35,835 nucleotides of DNA from a virus. Taxonomy: Duplodnaviria > Caudoviricetes. This document shows, piece after piece, positions 15,835 through 26,432 of the stretch. Where the stretch lies: the IMG/VR virus record IMGVR_UViG_3300046779_000237, positions 1 to 35,835 of that record; one strand, given 5' to 3'. The notes beneath the pieces were generated by a model that was not told the origin of the DNA, searched no databases, and saw nothing but the letters and a program-made list of their open reading frames with translations. The number at the start of each line of letters is the position of its first letter. Positions within the stretch are counted from its first letter, which is position 1. The position numbers and the translations under genes are program-made.

Positions 15835-16866
15835 ATGGCCGTTATTGACCTTGGTGGCACAGTCCTCCCATACGGAAGCACAGTTCCTGCTGGTGCTACG
15901 AATTACTCTTTTGCTCCGCAAACTACTGGTTTCTTAACTGGTGGCACAACGCCAACCAATGTTCCTGGTGGCCCAACTACAAACATCGTAGGACAACTTC
16001 CTGCCTTGCGTTCTTCTGGCACAGGTACGGCTCAAGTAGACCCAAGCCTGCGTCCTTATCTTGAACTTGGCCTCCAGCGAGCAGAGCAACTGTTCTTTGG
16101 CAACCAGCAGCCATCTCTCTACCCAGAGCAGATGTATGTCTCTCCTAGCCAACAGACGCTCGATGCTTTGGCCCAACAAGAGGCTATTGCTCGTGGCGGT
16201 GCGCCGGTTCTTCAGGCCGGTCAGCAGGCTTATGGTCAGGCTTTGTCAGGTATTGGTCAGACTGCTAGTGGTGCGTTCCTTCAGGGTTCTCCGTACCAGC
16301 AAGCCGCTATCCAAGCAGCCACCCGTCCGATTCAGCAACAGTTCGCAGAATCCACCCTTCCGGCCCTTCAATCGGCCTTCTCTAAGGCTGGTCGCTATGG
16401 GTCAGGGGCGCAGGAGCGTGCCATCTCTCAAGCCCAAGAAGCCGCTTCTCGTGCTATTGGCGACGTGACTACAAATATCGCTTACGGTGACTATGCTCGT
16501 GAGCGTGGTCTTCAAGAGCAAGCGATTGGTAGGCAAGCCGCTTTAGGTGCTTTGGCCCCCGAGTTTTACGGCGCACAAATGCTCCCAGCGCAGACCCTTG
16601 CTCAAATTGGTCAAAGACAAGAGCAAATCGCTGCTCAACCCCTGCAAGAGGCCATTCAGCGTTACCAGTACGGTCAGACCCTCCCTTACCAGCAACTTCA
16701 GGGTTTCCTATCGAGCGTGTATGGTACGCCACTTGGCTCTGCTTCTTATGCCGCTCAACCTGCTCAGACAAACAATACTGCGTTGACACTTGGGCTGCTA
16801 GGAACCGCAGCAAGCGTTATTCCTAAGCAAGCCTACTCTGACGCTTACAACTGGTTGATGGGTTGA
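15835..16866 (+). CDS. Putative DNA ejection/internal virion protein
   Basis: Q/A/G-rich helical protein with FSKAGRYGSGA motif; position after tail genes. Confidence 0.65.
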   Translation: MAVIDLGGTVLPYGSTVPAGATNYSFAPQTTGFLTGGTTPTNVPGGPTTNIVGQLPALRSSGTGTAQVDPSLRPYLELGLQRAEQLFFGNQQPSLYPEQMYVSPSQQTLDALAQQEAIARGGAPVLQAGQQAYGQALSGIGQTASGAFLQGSPYQQAAIQAATRPIQQQFAESTLPALQSAFSKAGRYGSGAQERAISQAQEAASRAIGDVTTNIAYGDYARERGLQEQAIGRQAALGALAPEFYGAQMLPAQTLAQIGQRQEQIAAQPLQEAIQRYQYGQTLPYQQLQGFLSSVYGTPLGSASYAAQPAQTNNTALTLGLLGTAASVIPKQAYSDAYNWLMG

Positions 16867-17255
16867 TACCGAAACATCTAAAAACTGAAGAGTTAAAAGA
16901 GTACTGGCCCCACATAAAAATGGGGCTTGGTGAGTTGTTGATTAAAGATCCAGAACAAAACTGGATACCAGAGGATGTCTACTACCAAATTAAGAGTGGG
17001 CAGTCTCATTGTGTGCTTGGTCTTACAGACGGAGTTATAGACGGGTTCTTTGTAGGACAGGTCTTGAAGGACGGGTCTTTTTTTGCTTGGGTTGGGTACT
17101 GTCAAAGAGATGTTGATAGCGGCCTAAAAATACTAGATTCATTTGCGAAACAACTTAACTGCAAAAAAATTAAGTTTGCTACTGGTAGATCTGGTTGGGC
17201 TAGGCTTGCCAAAAGGCATGGATACAAACCTACTATTTGGGTAAAAGAACTATGA
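16863..17255 (+). CDS. GNAT-like protein in the virion module
   Basis: AKQLNCKKIKFATGRSGWAR..GY motif; TTG start. Confidence 0.6.
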   Translation: MIPKHLKTEELKEYWPHIKMGLGELLIKDPEQNWIPEDVYYQIKSGQSHCVLGLTDGVIDGFFVGQVLKDGSFFAWVGYCQRDVDSGLKILDSFAKQLNCKKIKFATGRSGWARLAKRHGYKPTIWVKEL

Positions 17256-18103
17256 GTCAGAGCGGAATACCGATTGTTGAGGATGTGGCACGAGAAGGAA
17301 GTAACCTTAGTTCGTCTATTACGAACACGGTTACAGATGACCTTCTTGGTTTTGATCCAAGTGGCGGCGGTATCTATGATGTGAGTCGTGATGTTCTAGG
17401 TGACACCATTGCTGACGATGTCCTAGGCTTTGACCCAGGTGGCGGCGGTATTGTGCCAATTACAAACGCAGCAGCAGATGCGGCTGTGAAGTATGCAATT
17501 GGTCAGGCCGTCGGTTCTGTTGTCGGTGGGGAATCAGCTACCGGTGCGCCAATTGAAAACGCCACATTTGAGCCTGGTGTTGCTGGTACTGCCGCAGAGT
17601 CCGCAGCAATGAACCAAGCCCTTGCAGACCTATCTGCCAAAGCTGCCGCAGATGCCGCTTTTCTTGCCGCTGATACTGCTCAACTGTGGGATCAAACTAA
17701 GAGCATTGCCGCAGTACAACAGAACCTTATTTACTCTGGTGTTGACCCTCTGGTCGCAGCAGAAGCAGCCAATGCGGTATCGCTTGGCATGAGTGGAGCA
17801 GACTTACAAAACGCAATTATGAATGCATCTCAAAAAGGTGCTAGTTCTCTGTATACAGCAACACCAGCAGATGTGAAAGATTTGGCAACTGGCGCAATTG
17901 AAAAAGCACCCAGTGGCTACGATGTAGACCCGATGAAAGTTGCTAAAGCAGCGGCAAATCTTGACTCTTTGCTTAACCCAACTCCTTCTGGAATTCCACA
18001 ACAGTCTATCGCCGGTCGTGCTGGCGGTGCGGTTGACTACTCTGGGCTTCTAAACCTTTTGACTGAAAACAGAGCTGCTCGTCAGCGTCTATCTTTGGTA
18101 TAG
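17252..18103 (+). CDS. Putative ejection protein, Ala-rich
   Basis: ATG at 17252 overlapping upstream TGA; internal DD[LV]LGFDPxGGGI duplication. Confidence 0.6.
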   Translation: MSQSGIPIVEDVAREGSNLSSSITNTVTDDLLGFDPSGGGIYDVSRDVLGDTIADDVLGFDPGGGGIVPITNAAADAAVKYAIGQAVGSVVGGESATGAPIENATFEPGVAGTAAESAAMNQALADLSAKAAADAAFLAADTAQLWDQTKSIAAVQQNLIYSGVDPLVAAEAANAVSLGMSGADLQNAIMNASQKGASSLYTATPADVKDLATGAIEKAPSGYDVDPMKVAKAAANLDSLLNPTPSGIPQQSIAGRAGGAVDYSGLLNLLTENRAARQRLSLV

Positions 18104-18110
18104 GACTTAT

Positions 18111-19292
18111 ATGGCAAACGAAATTCTTATGAGTCTGCTCTCACCTGAGCAGCGTTCACAGGCCCAAGAAGATGCTTTTAGGCAAGGTCTGTTGGGCTTT
18201 AGTCAAAATCTTATTCGTGCTGCCATTCCTCAAGGTGGACGTAGAACCTCGACGTTAGAGGCTTTGGCTATGGCTGCTCCTGGTGCTGTGCAGTCTTATA
18301 GGAGTTCGTTTGACCAGACGCTTAAAGACCTGCTTACAAATATGCAGGTCAAGGACATGATGGCCAAGCGTGAGCGTGAACAACAAATTCAAGCAATTGC
18401 TGGTCAATTATTCCAGCCCCAACAAGGTATGGTTCCTACAACCATCCCGACAGAGACTTACGAAGACTACAGAACCACAGTTCCTGGTATTACTGGTGTA
18501 GAGGTTAATAGGCAAATGCTTCCTGCTCTCGGTGCTTTAGGCCCAGAGGGTATGGACTACGCATCTAGGCTGATGGCCTTCCAGAAGTCCATGCAACCAG
18601 AAGAGCGTGTAATGAAGCCAGGGGAGGTGTTGTACCGTGGCGGACAAGAAGTAATGCGTGTTCCGGAGACACAACCAACTGGAATCCGTGAGTACACTTA
18701 TGCGCTAGAAAACAAACTTATTCCAGCCGGAACTACTTACACAGACTTCAAGAAGGCTGGTGCTATGAGCATTACCATGCCTGGTGAAGGTGAGCGGAAA
18801 TCTGCTGTTTTGGCCAATCGTATTCAATTTAACGTAAACCAAATCTCTGACATTCTTGGCAAGAAACCAGAGGCCGCAAGTCCAGAAGCTTTGCCGACAG
18901 CAATTAAAGCAATTACTGGATCTGACTATCTAAAGTCTCTTGCTAACCCAGCAGAACGACAGCGAATTGAAGCTGCTCAATTAGACATTCTTGACGCTGC
19001 ACTGACATTGGGAACTGGTGCTGCTTATACCAGAGAGCAGTTAGAAAGTTACCGGTCTTCATACTTCCCGCAGCTTGGTGACAAACCAGATACCATTAAA
19101 GACAAACAAGACCGTCTACAGAATCTGCTTGAAAGTGCATACATAGCATCTGGAAGAGCTGCTCCTACTATTGGCAAAAAACCAGAGGCTGCTCAACAAT
19201 CTGTTATGCGCCAACAACCAAGTGGTCTTAATTTAGACCTCAATGCACTGGCTGAGGCCGCTCGTAGAGAAAGGGCTAGTAGATCAAAATGA
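18111..19292 (+). CDS. Putative ejection protein (position of P22 gp20)
   Basis: Helical Q/A-rich 393-aa protein; TGAAYT..Q...Y..SYFPQLGD motif. Confidence 0.6.
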   Translation: MANEILMSLLSPEQRSQAQEDAFRQGLLGFSQNLIRAAIPQGGRRTSTLEALAMAAPGAVQSYRSSFDQTLKDLLTNMQVKDMMAKREREQQIQAIAGQLFQPQQGMVPTTIPTETYEDYRTTVPGITGVEVNRQMLPALGALGPEGMDYASRLMAFQKSMQPEERVMKPGEVLYRGGQEVMRVPETQPTGIREYTYALENKLIPAGTTYTDFKKAGAMSITMPGEGERKSAVLANRIQFNVNQISDILGKKPEAASPEALPTAIKAITGSDYLKSLANPAERQRIEAAQLDILDAALTLGTGAAYTREQLESYRSSYFPQLGDKPDTIKDKQDRLQNLLESAYIASGRAAPTIGKKPEAAQQSVMRQQPSGLNLDLNALAEAARRERASRSK

Positions 19293-20899
19293 ACGGACTT
19301 GACCTAAGTAAGTTGTCTAATAGCGACCTTGATGCTCTGTCTCGTGGTGACATTAAAGGTATGTCAAATCAAGGTTTGGAGTTTCTTGCCTCTTTGAAGC
19401 CACAACAAAAAGAGATGACGGCTGGGGAGGTTGCTACAACAGCAATTACTAACATCCCTCGATCTGCCGTTGGTCTTGCCAGAGATATCTATACCGCTGT
19501 TACCAGCCCGCTTCAAACCGCTAAAACTGTTCTTGATCTTGGTGCTGGAATCCTGCAAGAGGTTCTTCCTCAAAGCATTGTTCAAGCAGTTGGTGAGGAC
19601 AAGGCCTCTCGTCAGGTAGCTCAGCAGGTTGGCAAGTTCTATGTAGATCGATATGGAAGCGTAGAGGGTGCTAAAAAGGCTATTGCTGAAGACCCAGTTG
19701 GAGTCTTGGCAGATGCCGCAACCATTCTTTATGGCGGTGGTGCGGCCATGAAAGCAGTTCCTGCTACACAAAAAATTGGTGCTGCAACACAAAGAGCCGG
19801 AAGCATGATTGACCCATTGGCTGCTACAGCAAGGGGTGTTGCTGGCGTTACTAGAGCAACAATCCCGTCTGTGCTTGGCATGACTACTGGTGCCGGTGGC
19901 GAGTCTATCCGTCAGGCTTTTAAGGCCGGACAAGAGGGTGGGGAACGTGGCAGGCAATTCCGTGAGAATTTAACTGGAACCGCAGATCCAACCGACATTG
20001 TTGCTATTGCAAGGCAAAACCTTGACTCTTTGCGGCAACAGAATTCAGAAAAGTATAGGTCTGGGATGTTAAATATCTCAAAAGACAAGTCTGTACTTTC
20101 TTTTGATGGCATCGACAAAGCTCTTTTGGACGCAAACAAGAGGGTTACATTTGAGGGTAAAGTCAAAGACAAAGCAGCCGCTGAAAAGTTGTCTGAAGCG
20201 CAGGCACTTGTTAACGACTGGAAGAATCAAGATCCATCTAAGTTTCATACACCAGAAGGTCTTGATGCTTTGAAGCAGTCAATTGGTGCAATTCTTGACA
20301 CGCTTGAGCCAAATAAAAACGCATACAACACTGTTAACCAAGTCTACAACTCTGTTAAGTCAGAGATTGTTAAGCAAGCACCAGTCTACGCAAATACTAT
20401 GCGCAACTACTCACAAGGGCTTGAACTTATCCGTGAAGTAGAAAAGTCGCTAAGTATTGGTAACAAATCATCTGTAGACACAGCCCTGCGGAAGTTGCTA
20501 TCTCTTACCCGTGACAATGTGCAAACTAACTATGGCCAGCGGACAAAACTTGCCCAGCAACTTGAAGAAGCTGGTGGTCAAATGATGATGCCTGGTGTTG
20601 CTGGTCAAGCACTTCAGTCCAAAGTGCCAAGAGGGTTGTCTCAGATTACTGGTGGTGGACTTCCGGTTCTTGCGGCTCTTGGTGGAAATCTTCCTCAAGC
20701 CGTTGGAATGGCTGCTATTTCATCTCCAAGACTTATGGGTGAAACGGCTTACAGGGCTGGTCAAGTAGCAAGAGGAATGGATGTTGTCGGACAAACAGCT
20801 CCTTTCATTTTGACGCCTGAGTTGTACAATCTGTTAGCGCAGTCTGGCGAAACAGAGAACAGAATTTCAATGGAAACTGGCCCTGGTGCTAGACGCTAA
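19289..20899 (+). CDS. Putative DNA transfer/ejection protein (position of P22 gp16)
   Basis: 536 aa, helical; HTPEGLDALKQ, NVQTNYGQR, SSPRLMGE. Confidence 0.65.
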   Translation: MNGLDLSKLSNSDLDALSRGDIKGMSNQGLEFLASLKPQQKEMTAGEVATTAITNIPRSAVGLARDIYTAVTSPLQTAKTVLDLGAGILQEVLPQSIVQAVGEDKASRQVAQQVGKFYVDRYGSVEGAKKAIAEDPVGVLADAATILYGGGAAMKAVPATQKIGAATQRAGSMIDPLAATARGVAGVTRATIPSVLGMTTGAGGESIRQAFKAGQEGGERGRQFRENLTGTADPTDIVAIARQNLDSLRQQNSEKYRSGMLNISKDKSVLSFDGIDKALLDANKRVTFEGKVKDKAAAEKLSEAQALVNDWKNQDPSKFHTPEGLDALKQSIGAILDTLEPNKNAYNTVNQVYNSVKSEIVKQAPVYANTMRNYSQGLELIREVEKSLSIGNKSSVDTALRKLLSLTRDNVQTNYGQRTKLAQQLEEAGGQMMMPGVAGQALQSKVPRGLSQITGGGLPVLAALGGNLPQAVGMAAISSPRLMGETAYRAGQVARGMDVVGQTAPFILTPELYNLLAQSGETENRISMETGPGARR

Positions 20900-20913
20900 A
20901 ACAAGGAAGCAAA

Positions 20914-21558
20914 ATGGCAAAGACAAAGATTTCAGAATACGACGCTTCGGCGGGTAATAATACCGACGTAAACAACGTCAACATTGCCGAGGGCTGTGCG
21001 CCTTCAGGTATAAATAACGCTATCCGTGAGGTCATGGCGGCTCTCAAACGCTTTGAGACCGGCTCTGACGGCGACTCCATGACTGTGGGTGGTAACTTTG
21101 TTGTGAGCGGCACTGCGACTCTCTCAACCACCACCATCGGCCCGATTAACGGAACCACGATCCCCAGCTCTAAAACTCTGCTGGTCTCGACTGATATCGG
21201 GTCTACTGTCCAGGCCTATGACGCTGACACCGCCAAGACGGACGTGGCCCAGACCTTTACCATCTCTCAGCGTGGCACTGTTACGACTGACAACGACCTG
21301 TCGCTAGACCTCAATGTCACCAATAATTTCAAGGCAACATTGGCTGGTGCTGCGACTTTGACTTTCACAAACATTACTGCCGGTCAAAGCGGGTTCATAC
21401 TGCTAGTAAACACCAGCGGATATACAGTCAGCGCACATGCCAACACCAAGGTTTCGACAACTGCATTGGCAACGATTAGCGCAGCCGGTACATACCTCTT
21501 GAGTTACTTCTCAGACGGAACCAATGTATATGTCGTTAACTCAGGAGCATTGGCTTAA
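20914..21558 (+). CDS. Tail fibre proximal/adaptor protein
   Basis: IAEGCAPSGINNAIRE N-terminal motif, IGSTVQAYDAD; TAATG coupling to next gene. Confidence 0.7.
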   Translation: MAKTKISEYDASAGNNTDVNNVNIAEGCAPSGINNAIREVMAALKRFETGSDGDSMTVGGNFVVSGTATLSTTTIGPINGTTIPSSKTLLVSTDIGSTVQAYDADTAKTDVAQTFTISQRGTVTTDNDLSLDLNVTNNFKATLAGAATLTFTNITAGQSGFILLVNTSGYTVSAHANTKVSTTALATISAAGTYLLSYFSDGTNVYVVNSGALA

Positions 21559-23918
21559 TGGCTATCCTACCTGTAGGTATCTCTGGCGAGGCTGGTGCTT
21601 ACCAGATCGAGAGAAGTCTGCGGTTTAACTCTGCGGATTCTGCTTCGCTCAGTCGCACCCCTGCCTCTGCATCTAATCGCAAGACTTGGACTTGGAGTGG
21701 GTGGGTCAAGCGTTGCGAGATAAGCGACACCGAGCGTGTTTTCTTCAGTGCAGGAACAGATGGAAATAACTTTACCGCTTTAGAGTGGATTGACAGCAAA
21801 CTATATCTTCAGAACTATACAAGCGGAACGCAGACAATTACCAACACAACTGCGGTTTATCGTGATGCATCTGCGTGGTATCACATTGTCTTGGCAATCG
21901 ATACGACACAAGCAACCGCTGCAAACAGGGCAAAGATATATGTGAATGGTGTTCAGCAAGCCGGTTTTAGCGGTACTCCGTTTTCACAAGATCAGCAGTT
22001 TTGGATTAACTACACCTACACGCATCGTATAGGCGCAAGGCAGTTGTCATCTCCTGATGCGTATAGCAGTCAATACATGGCAGAAGTCCACTTCATTGAC
22101 GGCTCTGCCCTAACCCCATCCTCATTCGGTGAGACAGACTCCGACACCGGCGTATGGAAGCCTAAAGCCTACTCTGGCAGCTACGGCACCAACGGGTTCT
22201 ACCTAGACTTTGGTGACAACTCCAGCACTACTGCATTGGGTTATGACGCTGCTGGTAGTAATGATTGGACACCTAATAACTTCAGCGTGACTGCTGGTGC
22301 TGGTAATGATTCTCTGGTGGATTCGCCTACTCGCTACGGCACAGACACCGGTGTTGGTGGTGAGGTGCGTGGGAACTACGCTACGCTGAATCCGTTGGAC
22401 AGCACTTCAAACATCACTTTGTCGAACGGCAATTTAGATTTCTCTCAAGGAAATACAACTGACAATACTGTTCGATCTACGGTTGGGATGTCTTCTGGTA
22501 AGTGGTACTGCGAGGTTACCGTTGGAAGTTCTAATAAGGCAGTTGTTGGTATTGCAAAACAAAACGCAACGCTTACTAATTATCTTGGTTCAGATGCTAA
22601 CGGTTGGGGTTATTACACACTAAACGGTAACAAGTATAACAATGGAACCGGAACTTCCTATGGTGCAACTTATGGCACAGGGGATGTCATTGGGATTGCT
22701 TTTGATGCTGACAATGGGACTTTGACATTTTATAAAAACGGTTCTAGCCAAGGACAGGCTTTCTCAGGTTTGACAAGTGGGCCTTACTTCTTTGCCCACG
22801 GTGTGAACAATGCAAACGGTTCTTTTAACTTCGGTCAACGCCCATTTGCCTACACCGCCCCCTCTGGTTTCAAGGCACTCTGCACAACTAACTTGCCTGA
22901 GCCGACTATTGCGGAGGGCGGTGAGTACTTTAATGCGGTGTTGTATACGGGTAATGGCGGAACACAGTCAGTTACTGGCGTTGGATTTCAACCTGACTTT
23001 GTGTGGATAAAAAACAGGCAAACTACAAACCCACATAAACTGGTCGATGCGGTGCGTGGTGCTGGTATTTCGTTATCTTCAAACTCAACGGACGCAGAAG
23101 GAAATGAAAGCGCATACTTTACTGCTTTTGCTTCCGACGGTTTTGATTTGGCCCTTGGTGGCGGCGGGTATAACGCTGCCTATAACTATGTCGCATGGAA
23201 CTGGAAAGCCAACGGCGCAGGTAGCAGCAACACTGCTGGCACTATCAGCAGCACAGTCTCAGCCAATACCACTGCTGGCTTCTCCGTGGTGACCTACACC
23301 GGCACAGGCTCTAACGCTACGATTGGTCATGGGCTTGGAGCAACACCGGCTTTCTTTGTGACCAAGCAAAGGTCTGGCGCAGAGAACTGGATTGTCTATC
23401 ACAAGAACCAAAACGCCTCCCCTGCGTCAGGTCACTTGATGCTGCAATCAACGGCTGCGTTTACATCGTCATCCACAGTTTTCAATAACACAGCACCAAC
23501 ATCCACAGTGTTCAGCGTAGGCACTGCTGGCGGCACTAACGAATCTGGGCAAACATTTGTAGCCTACTGCTTTGCCCCCATCGCAGGGTATAGCGCATTC
23601 GGGAGTTACACCGGAAACGGATCGACAGATGGGCCGTTTGTGTTCACCGGGTTTAGGCCAGCGTTTGTTTTGATTAAATGTTCATCAACAACAGGAAACT
23701 GGATCATATGGGATTCTGTTCGTGGTACATACAATGTCATTGATTCCCTGAGACTATATCCAAACCTATCTGATGCTGAAGGCGGTGGCTCAGATATTGA
23801 TTTTCTATCAAATGGTTTCAAATTTAGGAACACTAACGCAGCAATGAACGGCAGCGGATCAACATATGTATATGCCTGTTTTGCCGAAAACCCAATGAAA
23901 CTCAGCCTTGCACGATAG
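21558..23918 (+). CDS. Receptor-binding/tail protein with LamG (ConA-like) and SPRY domains
   Basis: WTWSGWVKR and WYHIVLAID (LamG); SSGKWYCEV and GDVIGIAFDADNG (SPRY); YTGNG/GFQPDFVWIK repeats. Confidence 0.85.
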   Translation: MAILPVGISGEAGAYQIERSLRFNSADSASLSRTPASASNRKTWTWSGWVKRCEISDTERVFFSAGTDGNNFTALEWIDSKLYLQNYTSGTQTITNTTAVYRDASAWYHIVLAIDTTQATAANRAKIYVNGVQQAGFSGTPFSQDQQFWINYTYTHRIGARQLSSPDAYSSQYMAEVHFIDGSALTPSSFGETDSDTGVWKPKAYSGSYGTNGFYLDFGDNSSTTALGYDAAGSNDWTPNNFSVTAGAGNDSLVDSPTRYGTDTGVGGEVRGNYATLNPLDSTSNITLSNGNLDFSQGNTTDNTVRSTVGMSSGKWYCEVTVGSSNKAVVGIAKQNATLTNYLGSDANGWGYYTLNGNKYNNGTGTSYGATYGTGDVIGIAFDADNGTLTFYKNGSSQGQAFSGLTSGPYFFAHGVNNANGSFNFGQRPFAYTAPSGFKALCTTNLPEPTIAEGGEYFNAVLYTGNGGTQSVTGVGFQPDFVWIKNRQTTNPHKLVDAVRGAGISLSSNSTDAEGNESAYFTAFASDGFDLALGGGGYNAAYNYVAWNWKANGAGSSNTAGTISSTVSANTTAGFSVVTYTGTGSNATIGHGLGATPAFFVTKQRSGAENWIVYHKNQNASPASGHLMLQSTAAFTSSSTVFNNTAPTSTVFSVGTAGGTNESGQTFVAYCFAPIAGYSAFGSYTGNGSTDGPFVFTGFRPAFVLIKCSSTTGNWIIWDSVRGTYNVIDSLRLYPNLSDAEGGGSDIDFLSNGFKFRNTNAAMNGSGSTYVYACFAENPMKLSLAR

Positions 23919-23926
23919 GAGCAATC

Positions 23927-24451
23927 ATGGCTTTTGAACTAAACGGACAACCAATCTCAATCGACAGACCTTATACATCTGCCGATGGCGTAACCTATCC
24001 TCACCTTCGTGACGCTGCTCTGCGTGAGAGCCTTGGCGTGGTAGAGGTAGCCGATCCAGAGAGTTTCGATCAGCGATTCTGGTGGGGCGTGGGTAATCCT
24101 AAACTGCTCGATGACAGGGAAGAATCTGACGAGAACGGCAATCCCTTGTATGTCCAAGAGTACAACCCGCTGACAGAGGCCATGCAGAACACCACCAAGC
24201 GGCTGGTGACTAAGGGTCTGAAGTCGCAGTGGACATCACAGGTTAAGGCTACGGCTGGCTCTCTGCTGGCTCAGACCGATTGGTACATCATCCGTTCAGC
24301 CGAGCGTCAAGTGGCTGTTCCTGAGTCCGTTGCCGGATACCGAGCTGCGGTTGTGGCAGAAGCCGACCGCCTGGAAGCGGCCATCGCTGCCTGCGCTGAC
24401 GTTCCAGCCCTAATCGCTGTCGTGAACTCTCAAGACTGGCCGGAGGCATAA
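23927..24451 (+). CDS. Tail fibre assembly chaperone-like protein
   Basis: LLAQTDWYIIR...YRAAV...WP C-terminal motif; follows fibre gene. Confidence 0.7.
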   Translation: MAFELNGQPISIDRPYTSADGVTYPHLRDAALRESLGVVEVADPESFDQRFWWGVGNPKLLDDREESDENGNPLYVQEYNPLTEAMQNTTKRLVTKGLKSQWTSQVKATAGSLLAQTDWYIIRSAERQVAVPESVAGYRAAVVAEADRLEAAIAACADVPALIAVVNSQDWPEA

Positions 24452-24628
24452 ATGGCATACCACTCCTCTGAGACCGTTAAACACGTCGCTGACGGCCTCT
24501 CTGTTGTGACTGTACTCGGTACCCTGGCTGAAGTTCTCCCAGCCGTTGCAGCTCTCTTTACGATCATCTGGACGGGTTTTCGTATATACGAAACCAAAAC
24601 CGTGCAAGGCTGGCTAGGGAAAGAGTAA
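24452..24628 (+). CDS. Small membrane protein, holin-like (58 aa)
   Basis: MAYHSSETVKHVADGLSVVTVLGTLAEVLPAVAALFTIIWTGFRIYETKTVQGWLGKE; TAATG coupling. Confidence 0.7.
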   Translation: MAYHSSETVKHVADGLSVVTVLGTLAEVLPAVAALFTIIWTGFRIYETKTVQGWLGKE

Positions 24629-25092
24629 TGGATCCATTCATCGAGACCGTCAAAGGCGGTATAGGCGGTCTCAGTGAAGCCATATCGTTAGCAGATGACC
24701 TAGAGGGTGTAGCCAAACAGGTACAGGATCTAGGCAAGAAAGAACTAGCCGCCCGTCAGGAGTGGCGTAGAAAACAAATACAAGTCCATGGCGACTACGC
24801 CTTTCTAAATGCCGTGGACGAATACAACCGAGTCCGTGAAGCCATAGACATGAAGGCCAAGGTAAAAGCCGAGGTCATCAATAAGTTTGGGCGGGATGCC
24901 TGGTCTAAGGTTGAGGAAATCGAGAAACGCCAGAAGGAAGAGTTCAAGAGACTCTATACCGAGGACGGCCACGACAGGAAGAAGATGTTTCAGTTGAAAC
25001 TTGCTTGCTTCTCTGCTGCGCTAATCATTGTTTTACTTATGTGGGCAAATGGTGTGATACGCCAGATGTCCGAGGCTTTCTACGGGAGTTAG
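24628..25092 (+). CDS. Coiled-coil protein with C-terminal transmembrane helix
   Basis: Charged helical body followed by LACFSAALIIVLLMWA. Confidence 0.65.
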   Translation: MDPFIETVKGGIGGLSEAISLADDLEGVAKQVQDLGKKELAARQEWRRKQIQVHGDYAFLNAVDEYNRVREAIDMKAKVKAEVINKFGRDAWSKVEEIEKRQKEEFKRLYTEDGHDRKKMFQLKLACFSAALIIVLLMWANGVIRQMSEAFYGS

Positions 25093-25093
25093 T

Positions 25094-25597
25094 ATGCTTA
25101 GTCTGATTTCGTCAGTATTTGGTTTCTTGATGTCTGGTCTACCCAAAGCCTTGGAGTTCTTCCAGGATAGGGCAGATAAGCAGCATGAGTTAAAACTCGC
25201 CGCCATGCAGACCGAGCGTGAGCTTGCTCTGGCCAAAGAGGGTTTCATTGCTCAACAGAAGATTGAGGAAATCAAGACCGAGCAAATCGCCATGCAGACG
25301 GATGCGGAGAGGCAAGGCAACGCCCTGTCTCACGACAAGGCTATCATGGCCCGTGCATCCGAGTGGGTGGTCAACATGAACGGCATTGTCCGTCCTCTGG
25401 TCACTTTTATCTTTGTCCTGGAGTTGGTAGCCATTAACTTTGCTATCACTCTATGGGTGTTCACTAGCGGTACAGTCATTAGTAATATTGACGACCTAGT
25501 AAAAGTTACTGACGTGATTTTTTCCGAGGATGAGATGGCCCTGCTAAGCGGAATCATCTCCTTCTGGTTTGGAAGCCGCCAGTGGGGTAAGAAGTGA
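25094..25597 (+). CDS. Putative holin (3TM, GTA-holin-like)
   Basis: VRPLVTF and IISFWFGSR motifs; three hydrophobic segments; upstream of lysozyme. Confidence 0.7.
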   Translation: MLSLISSVFGFLMSGLPKALEFFQDRADKQHELKLAAMQTERELALAKEGFIAQQKIEEIKTEQIAMQTDAERQGNALSHDKAIMARASEWVVNMNGIVRPLVTFIFVLELVAINFAITLWVFTSGTVISNIDDLVKVTDVIFSEDEMALLSGIISFWFGSRQWGKK

Positions 25598-26097
25598 AGA
25601 CTTCCGAAAAGGGCATCCATGTGATGCACCAATTCGAGGGCTACAGAAACAAACCTTATCTTTGCCCAGCCCATATCTGGACTGTCGGCTGGGGTGAGGT
25701 TCTATACCAAGACCAGATAAGACTTCCTATGGTCAAGAAAGAAGGTTACACGGGGCTTATTCGTAAGGAATATCCTCTAAAACCTGAAGACAACCGAGTC
25801 TGGGACAAGGACGAGCTGAAGGAAAGATTTAAAAAACTCCTCGGATCTTTTGAGCGTGGTGTCCTAAAGATGGCTCCAAACCTAGAAGGACAACAAGGGC
25901 TATTCGATGCCTGCGTCTGCCTGTCCTACAATATCGGTCTAGGTGGCTTCCAAAGGTCTACCCTGAGACAAAGAATCCTACGCAACGAGGATGAGGAAAG
26001 AATTGCCGAGGGCTTTATGATGTACACAAAGGCCGGAGGAAAGGTTCTTCCTGGGCTTGTAAAGCGTCGGCAGGCCGAGGTTGACCTATTCCTATGA
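25594..26097 (+). CDS. Endolysin, GH24 lysozyme
   Basis: FEGYRNKPYLCPAHIWTVGWG (E..C..T triad), YNIG, GLVKRRQAE. Confidence 0.9.
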   Translation: MKTSEKGIHVMHQFEGYRNKPYLCPAHIWTVGWGEVLYQDQIRLPMVKKEGYTGLIRKEYPLKPEDNRVWDKDELKERFKKLLGSFERGVLKMAPNLEGQQGLFDACVCLSYNIGLGGFQRSTLRQRILRNEDEERIAEGFMMYTKAGGKVLPGLVKRRQAEVDLFL

Positions 26098-26432
26098 AGA
26101 TCACGTCAGCGTCTTGTAGAGCGATTTACGAGATGCTGGTACAGGTGCATCCATTTAATAAACTCAGGATGCCACCATCAATTGAGGTGACATTTAAGGT
26201 CAACGACGACCCCACTTGTTATGGCCAGTACGAGCCAGACCCTCACACCATCACTATGTCTAGGGCAAAACTTAGTCATTTAGATAATGTCATCAAGACG
26301 ATGGCGCATGAGATGGTTCACCTCAAACTCTATCAAGCCAAATCTAAATCTTGGAACACGCACGATAAAAACTTTGACAAATATGCTGTGCTAATATCCG
26401 AGGAATTTGGATTTGACCCGAAAGAGTTTTAA
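26094..26432 (+). CDS. SprT-like zinc metalloprotease
   Basis: TMAHEMVH (HExxH) followed by H...F. Confidence 0.65.
   Translation: MKITSASCRAIYEMLVQVHPFNKLRMPPSIEVTFKVNDDPTCYGQYEPDPHTITMSRAKLSHLDNVIKTMAHEMVHLKLYQAKSKSWNTHDKNFDKYAVLISEEFGFDPKEF

Noticed and set aside
19364-19957. 197-aa antisense ORF in an ejection gene
   Set aside because: Ser/Cys-rich shadow of gct/ggt-rich sense codons
21558-23918. Diversity-generating retroelement targeting the receptor-binding protein
   Set aside because: No reverse transcriptase and no template/variable repeat pair seen; repeats are protein-level YTGNG motifs
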